Source: Bacteroidia bacterium
GTDB taxonomy: Bacteria; Bacteroidota; Bacteroidia; M30B66
Length of the DNA: 64,000 nt
Direction: 5' to 3'
Assembly: GCA_965279035.1 (NCBI GenBank)
Contig: OZ257142.1
Span: forward strand, 704,001 to 768,000
The notes beneath the pieces were generated by a model, which saw only the letters and a list, made by a program, of their open reading frames with translations, was not told the DNA's origin and ran no database searches. Of the stretch, positions 56,327 through 64,000 are shown piece by piece; within the stretch, counting starts at the first letter, position 1; every line of letters starts with the position of its first letter. The position numbers and the translations under genes are program-made.

Positions 56327-57007
56327 ATGAGTGGAATATATCTGATCATGATCTTGGTGATGGGCGTTTCATGGTTTGTTAGCTACAGGCTAAAAAGCAA
56401 GTTCAAGTATTATTCTGAACAACAACTTCAATCTGGATTAAGTGGAAAAGAAATCGCTGAAAAAATGTTAAGCGACAATGGAATCGCCAATGTTCGAGTT
56501 ACATCTGTCGAAGGATTTCTTTCAGATCACTACAACCCATTAGAAAAAACAATCAACTTAAGTCCTGAAGTATATAATGGTAGAAGCATAGCTTCCGCCG
56601 CAGTTGCAGCACACGAATGCGGGCATGCTGTGCAACATGATAAAGGATATGCTTGGCTTTCGATGCGTTCGGCACTTGTTCCTGCAGTTCAGTTTTCATC
56701 CAATATTGTACAGTGGATTTTACTTGCGGGAGTTCTATTATTGAATGCATTTCCCTACTTATTAATCATTGGTGTTGCTCTTTTTGCAATCACTACCTTA
56801 TTTAGTTTGATCACCTTACCTGTTGAAATAGATGCTTCTCGTAGGGCTTTAATTTGGTTAGATAGCACTGGAATGGCCAAAGGTCAAGACCATGAAAAAG
56901 CAAAAGATGCTTTACAATGGGCTGCAATGACTTATGTAGTTGCTGCTATTGGTTCGATTGCTACCTTATTGTATTACGTTTCAATTCTAAATAATAGAAG
57001 AAATTAG
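56327..57007 (+). CDS. Membrane zinc metallopeptidase (YugP/Zn_peptidase_2 family)
   Basis: LSDHYNP, AAHECGHAVQ, TLPVEIDAS.RA, AA.TYV. Confidence 0.93.
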   Translation: MSGIYLIMILVMGVSWFVSYRLKSKFKYYSEQQLQSGLSGKEIAEKMLSDNGIANVRVTSVEGFLSDHYNPLEKTINLSPEVYNGRSIASAAVAAHECGHAVQHDKGYAWLSMRSALVPAVQFSSNIVQWILLAGVLLLNAFPYLLIIGVALFAITTLFSLITLPVEIDASRRALIWLDSTGMAKGQDHEKAKDALQWAAMTYVVAAIGSIATLLYYVSILNNRRN

Positions 57008-57034
57008 GTGTGGATATTTAATTTAACAAATAAT

Positions 57035-57063
57035 AGAGCTGGTTTTTAACCAGCTTTTTTTTT
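57035..57063 (+). terminator. Intrinsic terminator
   Basis: agctggtt-ttt-aaccagct followed by a T run. Confidence 0.85.
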
Positions 57064-57103
57064 GAAGCTCAGTATTTTCTATCTTGCAATACATATTTTT
57101 TTT

Positions 57104-60100
57104 ATGAAGAAATTTCTCCAATCGATTCTCATCATTGTCTTTGCATTTAGTTCAATTCAATCTTTTTCTCAAACAAGTTCCATTACGTGGATTGGTGGTG
57201 ATGGACTTGCTTCGCCAATTCGACTTAGATTTCAATTAGGAGAATATACTATCAAATCGGTATCTACTCCACGTGGTGCTGAATCCATCGTTGTTGCATC
57301 AGGCGCTTCTCCTATACTTCGAGCCGGTGCACCCGATCTTCCAAAATTTACAGGTTCGGTAATCATTCCTGATTTAGCTTCTTATCAAGTTGAGATTATT
57401 TCATCTCACACGATTGAAATTGCAAATCAAACAATTGCTCCTTCTAAAGGCAATCTTAAAAGAGATATAAATCCATCAACTATTTCCCGAAATCGCGGTG
57501 AAGTTTACCAAACAAATAACTTATTTCCAGAACACCTTGCTTCGCTTAGAAACCCATATATCTTTTCAGAATTTAGAGGTCAAACAGTAATTTTCTATCC
57601 GTTTCAATACAACCATCAATCTCATACTCTTCACGTAACTGATCAAATAGAAGTTGTACTTCGTCCGCTTGAACAAGTAAGTCCACAAAATCCATTTGTA
57701 AGAAATCTACAGGTTCATAGTGATATTAATAAGACAGATTTATATTCAAAACATTTTCTTAATTACTCTGTAGATCGCTATTCCCCAATTTTAGAGCAAC
57801 CACGAATGCTTATAATTTCCGATCCTGCCTTTGTTGCTGATCTCGAGCCCCTTATTACATGGAAACGTCAAACAGGAATGGACGTTGAAGTGCTCACCTT
57901 AGCTCAAGCTGGTGGAAATGCTGCAGGAATTTCTTCTGCAGTTCAAACACGTTATCATGGACAAGGCTTAAGTTATTTACTTCTTGTTGGTGATATTGCT
58001 CAAATCCCATCATTGTCTGCTTTTACAGGCAAATCCGATCCTTCTTATGGATTTATCGACGGAAATGATACCTATCCCGAAGTCATTGTTGGTCGACTTT
58101 CGGCTGAAAATACTACTCATGTTCAAACGCAAGTGAGCAAAATTGTTCAGTATGAAAAAGCGCTTCTGCCAGTTTCGAATTTATGTCACCTTTTAGCCAT
58201 GGCTTCTGATCAAGGTCCGGGTGATGACAATGAACTGGATTGGGAACACGAACGTGTAATGCGAAATAAATTAACTTCATACACGTATAATCTTGCTTAT
58301 GAATTATATGATGGAAGTGAAGGTGAACTCGATCAAGCAGGAAACCCAAGTGCAGCGAATGTAACATCAACTCTTAATCAAGGAGTTGGATTGTTGAATT
58401 ACACAGGACATGGTTCTGCAACCAGTTTTGGTACAAGCGGATTTTCCAACACACAAATAAATCAACTCCAAAATAACGGCATGCTTCCTTTTGTTTGGTC
58501 TGTTGGTTGTGTCAATGGTGAATTTGATAATGGTACTTGTTTCGGGGAATCTTGGCTTAGAGCAACATCTAATGGTCAATTAACTGGAGCTGTTGCTACA
58601 TATATGTCATCTATCAATCAAAGTTGGGATCCTCCAATGTCTGCTCAAGATGAAATGGTTGATTTGCTAACTGGTTTAGTTCAAACAACCAATACACGAA
58701 CTTTCGGTGGTTTGTGTTTGAATGGTTGCCTTCAAATGAATGATGAATATGGTACAGCAGGCGATGAAATGACTGCTACTTGGCATATTTTCGGAGATCC
58801 TTCTATGATGGTTCGAACTGCTGTTCCTACATCAATGGTAGTTACACATGCTGCAACTACTGCTTTAGGAACGAATGGCTTTTTAGTAAATGTTGATGTA
58901 GAAGATGCACGCGTTGGTATTACTCAAAATGGTGTTCTACTTGGAACCGCACTTGTTTCATCTGGTCAAGCCTGGGTTAATTTTTCACCACTTACTTTAA
59001 CCGATCCATTACTTATTACTGTAACAGCATTTAACCACATTCCATATCAAGGAAATGTTACAATTGAAAGTCCTTCAGATGCCTTTTTACTTTTGAGTAA
59101 CCACCAGTTGAATGAAGTTTCAGGAAATGGAGATCAACTAGCCGATTATGCTGAAACGTTACAAATTAATGCAAGCATCGAAAATGTTGGTGGGTCAGAA
59201 GCTACCGATGTTTCAGGTACTATTACTACTTCGGATGCATACATCACTATCCTTAATCCGAATTGCCAATTTGGGAATGTTGCTGCTGGATTAACAGCTT
59301 TATCAGATGGATGCTTCACTTTCCAAGTAGACAATAACATTGTTGATCAATCTATAGCACATTTTATTCTTACGTTCACCGATAATTCAGGTAATTCTTG
59401 GTCGCAACCATTAACTGTTACGCTCAATGCTCCTGTATTGCAAATTCCTACAATAAGCTTCAGCGAAATTACTGGAAACGGAAATGGTCAACCTGATGCT
59501 GGAGAAAGCCTCGAGATTGTTTTTTCAAATCAAAACGATGGACATGCTGCAACTCTCATTGGAATAGGAACTGTTACAGTGAATGCTAGTGAGATTTCTT
59601 TACCTCAGTCCGACATTTCTATTTCTTCACTTAATTCCTCAAATCAAGAAACAAGTTCATTTACTTTAAATATTCAATCTACTGTTAGTGCAGGTTCGTA
59701 TGTTCCCGTTCAATATACATGGACTGCCGGCTCCTATTCGGTTTCAAAAAACACCTTGCTTCATGTGGGTGCTGTAATTGAAGATGTTGAAACTGGAGAT
59801 TTTTCTCATTTCAATTGGCAAAACGCTGATCAAACTCCTTGGACAATTGATAATGCAACTGTTTACGAAGGAACAAATAGCTTCAAATCTGGAGCAATTG
59901 GTAATAGCGAAACGACTCAACTAATCATTCAATATAATGTGAGCACAGCCGATACATTGCGATTCATGAAGAAAGTATCAACTGAAGAAGGATATGATTA
60001 TTTGAAATTTTATCTTGATGGACAACCCATTCAAACTTGGAGTGGATTAATTGACTGGTCACAAGAAAAAGTAATCGTAAGTGCCGGAATCCATGAATTT

Positions 60101-60481
60101 AGCTGGATTTACGAAAAAGATGATATGGTTTCTGGAAATGAAGATGCTTGTTGGATAGATTATATCGTATTTCCTGCAGGAAACTCTGTAAGTCCATCTG
60201 GAATTCAGCAAACTAGTAATGTAACGGAGTCTTTTAATGTATTTCCGAATCCAATTCAACAAGGAGTTTTTACTTTAACAGGAAATCAGATTCAACAAGG
60301 AGTTTATACATTCCGTATGCTTGATGCATCGGGACGTTGTATTGAAAATCGTAAAGAAAAATCGGGATTATCCTCGAATCAATGGAAATGGGATATTTCT
60401 CAGTATGCTGCAGGATTCTATTTTCTTGAAATCAGAAAACCGGATAACCAAATTCAGACAATAAAACTAATGCTTGAATAA
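57104..60481 (+). CDS. C25 family (gingipain-like) cysteine peptidase with propeptide, Ig-like domains and T9SS CTD
   Basis: GAPDLP and IAPSKG propeptide motifs; PEVIVGRLS; YTGHGS (His); GCVNG (Cys); W.IFGDPS; CTD VFPNP..GFYFL; ATG at 57104. Confidence 0.93.
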   Translation: MKKFLQSILIIVFAFSSIQSFSQTSSITWIGGDGLASPIRLRFQLGEYTIKSVSTPRGAESIVVASGASPILRAGAPDLPKFTGSVIIPDLASYQVEIISSHTIEIANQTIAPSKGNLKRDINPSTISRNRGEVYQTNNLFPEHLASLRNPYIFSEFRGQTVIFYPFQYNHQSHTLHVTDQIEVVLRPLEQVSPQNPFVRNLQVHSDINKTDLYSKHFLNYSVDRYSPILEQPRMLIISDPAFVADLEPLITWKRQTGMDVEVLTLAQAGGNAAGISSAVQTRYHGQGLSYLLLVGDIAQIPSLSAFTGKSDPSYGFIDGNDTYPEVIVGRLSAENTTHVQTQVSKIVQYEKALLPVSNLCHLLAMASDQGPGDDNELDWEHERVMRNKLTSYTYNLAYELYDGSEGELDQAGNPSAANVTSTLNQGVGLLNYTGHGSATSFGTSGFSNTQINQLQNNGMLPFVWSVGCVNGEFDNGTCFGESWLRATSNGQLTGAVATYMSSINQSWDPPMSAQDEMVDLLTGLVQTTNTRTFGGLCLNGCLQMNDEYGTAGDEMTATWHIFGDPSMMVRTAVPTSMVVTHAATTALGTNGFLVNVDVEDARVGITQNGVLLGTALVSSGQAWVNFSPLTLTDPLLITVTAFNHIPYQGNVTIESPSDAFLLLSNHQLNEVSGNGDQLADYAETLQINASIENVGGSEATDVSGTITTSDAYITILNPNCQFGNVAAGLTALSDGCFTFQVDNNIVDQSIAHFILTFTDNSGNSWSQPLTVTLNAPVLQIPTISFSEITGNGNGQPDAGESLEIVFSNQNDGHAATLIGIGTVTVNASEISLPQSDISISSLNSSNQETSSFTLNIQSTVSAGSYVPVQYTWTAGSYSVSKNTLLHVGAVIEDVETGDFSHFNWQNADQTPWTIDNATVYEGTNSFKSGAIGNSETTQLIIQYNVSTADTLRFMKKVSTEEGYDYLKFYLDGQPIQTWSGLIDWSQEKVIVSAGIHEFSWIYEKDDMVSGNEDACWIDYIVFPAGNSVSPSGIQQTSNVTESFNVFPNPIQQGVFTLTGNQIQQGVYTFRMLDASGRCIENRKEKSGLSSNQWKWDISQYAAGFYFLEIRKPDNQIQTIKLMLE

Positions 60482-60483
60482 GT

Positions 60484-62145
60484 TTACTTTTTCATCATGG
60501 ATGAATCTAGATTCCATTCTAATTCAAGATCCCATCCAGCACGAATGTTGACTTCTCCTGAATAATATCTCATTGTTTCAGCTTGAGTTCGATTTGTAAA
60601 CTTTCCAGGTGTCCATTTTCCGTTTTTATCAAGATCTGATAAAATACGAATGCTATATTTTCCGGGTATAAGGCTTTCAAATACAAGCGCTTCACCCGAT
60701 TTCACCTTTCTTGAAAAGAGTTTCTTACCTTTTGAATCCACTAATTCGAGAAGCAAATCGTCTGTTGGATTTTCGGTAATAACTCGAAAGTCTAAAAGTC
60801 CTAAGTCATCTGGACTTAACAAACTGACAGTTAGTTTAAGCGTATCATTCTTCATTCCAAAAACATCTTCAAAAGCACCAGGTTTCATATAAAAACTAGC
60901 CTTATTTAGAGGATTTACAGGAAGAATTATTGGTACTCTAAAGCATACACTATCACGACTTAAATTGAGTTTTGCTTGGATTGTATCTTTTCCAATTATC
61001 CAAAATAAATTTTCAGGCTTAATAAGTTTTCCCGGATGATTTGGAATGATTTCAAATGAATTCTCAGGGCTGATTTTTCCATTTTCAAGAGTATTCGTAA
61101 ATCGCAACAAGGTGTCAATACCCATTTTACTTTTCTTGAAACTCATTTTGCGACGAATCTGATCAGGTGCGAAAACAAGTGTATCCGTTTTGTTTTTACC
61201 TCCTTGTTGAGTTTCAACATATAAACTCAAACTATCCTTTTTTTGATTAGGTATCCATACTATAATTGAATCAGTTCCCTTTGTATACTCAGAGTAAAAC
61301 GGAATAGCTTGAGAACTAAAATCCGTAATTTTCAAGGATTCAATGGGCAAAGCATATTTGAGCACAATTTTACCCGGAAGCTCAAACTCTTTTTTTAACA
61401 AACGTTGATTGGAGGCGATTTCTTGACTTAACCTAAAATTGATTGATTGAGTTATTGTAGAATCAATAATCAATGCTTCAGCTCGATATCCAATTTTTTC
61501 TTCAGGTTGATCGTATAAATAATTTGCATTGCCATCTTTTAATGCAAATGCTAAATAAGTTCCTTGACGAATATTATTTAATTGATAGTTTCCTGATGCA
61601 TCTGTTCTTGCAAAATAACGTGGTATTTGTTTGAAAGGCATGCTATCCTGAATGATAGAATACAGCATCACCAAAGCATCTTTTATCGGTTGGTTTGTGT
61701 AACCATCAAGTAGATTTCCTTTTACTCGAAGGGAATCAATTGTATTTCCTGTGCTAAATGCAAACGTTCTATCAGGAAAGGCATTCCCCTCACTAATATC
61801 GGTGACTGATTTACCAATAGTAACTGAATATGTTGTAGCACTATCAAGTGGTTCTGTAAAAGTTAACTGGACAGTTTTTCCTTTCAGACTGACTTTGGGT
61901 GGAACACGTAATGGGGGAGAAATAACGATTCCAGAACCTCCGTCTTTTAATTCAATAAACTCGTTAAAGGTGAAACTTATCTTATCCCCTTGAAAGTTCG
62001 TTGAAGCACTATCAGGAACTATTTTTACTAGGATTGGTGCTTCAGCGTCCTTTAATCCACCATTGGGAGGGACTCGACTTGCACAGGAAATTAAGACCAT
62101 TGCAATCAAGCAAAAAAATACCCGAAAGATTCCTATACTTCTCAT
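60484..62145 (-). CDS. Ig-like (Big_5) domain lipoprotein
   Basis: Lipobox LISC, CA...PP.GG.KD..AP, F.FNEFI, FSTG..IDSL, D.NAN..Y; ATG at 62145 overlaps the upstream stop. Confidence 0.85.
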   Translation of the reverse strand: MRSIGIFRVFFCLIAMVLISCASRVPPNGGLKDAEAPILVKIVPDSASTNFQGDKISFTFNEFIELKDGGSGIVISPPLRVPPKVSLKGKTVQLTFTEPLDSATTYSVTIGKSVTDISEGNAFPDRTFAFSTGNTIDSLRVKGNLLDGYTNQPIKDALVMLYSIIQDSMPFKQIPRYFARTDASGNYQLNNIRQGTYLAFALKDGNANYLYDQPEEKIGYRAEALIIDSTITQSINFRLSQEIASNQRLLKKEFELPGKIVLKYALPIESLKITDFSSQAIPFYSEYTKGTDSIIVWIPNQKKDSLSLYVETQQGGKNKTDTLVFAPDQIRRKMSFKKSKMGIDTLLRFTNTLENGKISPENSFEIIPNHPGKLIKPENLFWIIGKDTIQAKLNLSRDSVCFRVPIILPVNPLNKASFYMKPGAFEDVFGMKNDTLKLTVSLLSPDDLGLLDFRVITENPTDDLLLELVDSKGKKLFSRKVKSGEALVFESLIPGKYSIRILSDLDKNGKWTPGKFTNRTQAETMRYYSGEVNIRAGWDLELEWNLDSSMMKK

Positions 62146-62639
62146 TTTGAATACAAATGATGTTCGATCATTTTGCAAATGCGCTCTAATCCGAATTGAT
62201 CGTTTTCATCAAAAAAATTCAGAATCTCACTATCAATGTCCAATACCGCAATCACATTTTTTGATTTCGAGTGGATAGGAATAACAATCTCTGAACGAGA
62301 ATGGCTACTACAAGCAATATGTCCTGGAAAATTATCTACATCAGAAACTAAAATCGTTTTGTCTTCAGCCCAAGAAGAACCACATACACCTTTCCCCTTA
62401 TGAATTCGAGTACATGCAATTGGGCCTTGAAATGGTCCTAATACTAATTGTTCATCTTTCACAAAATAGAATCCGGTCCACAAAAAGTGAAATGCTTCTG
62501 TAATAGCAGCAACAGTATTTGCAAGACAAGCAATCTCATCATTTTCTCCATCGAGTAATGCTTTCAACTGTATTGCTAACTCGTTGTACCGAAGAACTTT
62601 TTCTTCAGGTTTACTTTCGAAAATGAGGGTAGTTGACAT
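62142..62639 (-). CDS. GAF domain protein, free methionine-R-sulfoxide reductase (MsrC/YebR-like)
   Basis: WTGFY, LGPFQGPIAC.RI..GKGVCG, FPGHIAC, SEIVIP, VLDIDS. Confidence 0.92.
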   Translation of the reverse strand: MSTTLIFESKPEEKVLRYNELAIQLKALLDGENDEIACLANTVAAITEAFHFLWTGFYFVKDEQLVLGPFQGPIACTRIHKGKGVCGSSWAEDKTILVSDVDNFPGHIACSSHSRSEIVIPIHSKSKNVIAVLDIDSEILNFFDENDQFGLERICKMIEHHLYSK

Positions 62640-62644
62640 TCGTA

Positions 62645-63637
62645 TTAATGCATGAATCCGATAATCTCTCGAACATCTTTTAAGGTTTTAGAAGCACTTT
62701 CTCTTGCTTTTTCTTCACCTCGTTCCATCACCTTTTTTAAGTAATCAGTATCAGAATGGAGTTCTAAAATTCGTTCTCTAATAGGCGTTGTGAATAGAAT
62801 CATGTCTTCGGCCAATTGCTTTTTCATATCCCCATAACGTATAGAACAAGCATTGTAATTATCTTCAAAATGTTGAATAGTATCTTTATTAGAAACCAGA
62901 GACATTAAGGTAAATAAATTAGAAATTGACTCTGGTTTTGTTTGAAACGGTTGAGTTGGACCACTGTCTGTTACCGCCCTCATAATTTTTTTACGAATAC
63001 TTTCTGGCTCTTCGGATAAGAAAATGGCATTTCCCTCACCTTCGCTTTTGCCCATTTTGCCTGATCCATCAAGACCAGGAACTTTTACTAGTTGTTCGCC
63101 AAAATTAAAGGCATATGGTTCTGGAAAATAATCAACATTATATAAATGATTAAATCGATTCACAAAATTTCTCGCCATTTCGAGATGTTGTTCTTGGTCT
63201 TTACCCACAGGAACTTTAGTCGCTTTGTGAATAATGATATCTGTAGCCATTAATACAGGATATGTGAGTAATCCCGCATTCACATTGTCAGGATGTTTTC
63301 TGACTTTTTCTTTAAACGAAGTACAGCGTTCCAATTCGCCAACATGCGCATACATGTTGAAAAGGAGATATAATTCAGGAATCTGAGGAATATCGCTTTG
63401 AATGTAAATTGTACTTACTTCAGGATCAATTCCAACAGCTAAATATTCAACAAGTACATTTTTAACGCTTTGTTTGAAATCACCAGGTTTGGGATGCGTG
63501 GTTAGCGCATGCATATCTGCAATAAAGAAGAAGCAGCGGTGTTCATGCTGCATCTTAAGAAAATTCTTTACTGCGCCAAAATAATTACCAATATGTAGGT
63601 TTCCGGTGCTCCGGATTCCACTAACAACCGTTTCCAT
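62645..63637 (-). CDS. trpS: Tryptophan--tRNA ligase
   Basis: SGIRSTGNLHIGNY (HIGH), YPVLMA.DI, VPVGKDQ, KMGKS; TAGTTTTG -7 box at 63642-63649. Confidence 0.97.
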   Translation of the reverse strand: METVVSGIRSTGNLHIGNYFGAVKNFLKMQHEHRCFFFIADMHALTTHPKPGDFKQSVKNVLVEYLAVGIDPEVSTIYIQSDIPQIPELYLLFNMYAHVGELERCTSFKEKVRKHPDNVNAGLLTYPVLMATDIIIHKATKVPVGKDQEQHLEMARNFVNRFNHLYNVDYFPEPYAFNFGEQLVKVPGLDGSGKMGKSEGEGNAIFLSEEPESIRKKIMRAVTDSGPTQPFQTKPESISNLFTLMSLVSNKDTIQHFEDNYNACSIRYGDMKKQLAEDMILFTTPIRERILELHSDTDYLKKVMERGEEKARESASKTLKDVREIIGFMH

Positions 63638-63674
63638 GCTGCAAAACTAATCGAATTTGTTGCAGCGCAAACGT

Positions 63675-64000
63675 TTATAGATTGCTTCTTAAAAGCTCAA
63701 TGATTAGATCCTTGTCCTTTATTCGATCCTGTAATAAAGCAAGTTCTTTCACAAGTTTCTCGTTTTGTAATTTTAACTCGTCCATCTCTTTCATCGATTC
63801 TAGTGGATCGATCAATTGCTCAACTTGTTTATTTTTCGATAGAGGAATACTGTAAAGACGGAAAAAGTCGAATTCTAATGCCTCCGATATTTTAAAAAGC
63901 ATTTCTGAGTCAATACTTTTCCGGGTGAATATATCATATACATTATTCCTGTTTGTATTTATCGTTCTAGAGAAATCAACAACCTTCAATCTTTTTCCTC
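63675..64000 (-). CDS. HTH (XRE-like) DNA-binding protein, 5' end probably outside the window
   Basis: F...I...R.NVYDIF.RKSID..ML..IS..L..DFF..YS followed by a coiled-coil tail. Confidence 0.75.
   Translation of the reverse strand, partial: GKRLKVVDFSRTINTNRNNVYDIFTRKSIDSEMLFKISEALEFDFFRLYSIPLSKNKQVEQLIDPLESMKEMDELKLQNEKLVKELALLQDRIKDKDLIIELLRSNL

Noticed and set aside
57055-57103. Poly-T tracts as phase-variation sites for the C25 protease
   Set aside because: The first is the U tail of the upstream terminator and the second lies just before the likely ATG at 57104, outside the coding frame.

Overview
Bacteroidota (Bacteroidetes) chromosomal window, judged from the T9SS cargo proteins, TAnnTTTG promoter boxes and the lptD/amidase/mlaD/Fe-S gene order. 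It is mostly housekeeping: recJ, icd, thiL, dusB, ndh, lon, type B L31, lptD, an lpxD-like gene, rho, an mpl-like ligase and trpS. Accessory content includes an ~8.8 kb T9SS surface-protein gene, an Arg-gingipain-like C25 protease and a two-component system divergent from two secreted proteins. No rRNA, tRNA, CRISPR, transposase, integrase or reverse transcriptase was recognised. The most unusual structure is a ~620 bp AT-rich cassette (33546-34158) between two Fe-S oxidoreductase genes. It holds a four-helix-bundle (23S-IVP/Avd-like) gene bracketed by two heptamer tandem arrays in inverted orientation (AATTACG / CGTAATT), able to fold the mRNA into a long stem with the gene in the loop. Other signals: a shared sigma54-like plus TGACA-box architecture at lon and hsp20, a Rho with a long P/Q/N-rich insertion and structured leader, a long REP-like hairpin, an orphan octamer array, face-to-face promoter boxes at amidase/lptD, and a 1-nt frameshift in a DHFR-family gene. 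All product calls come from motif recognition, not database searches.
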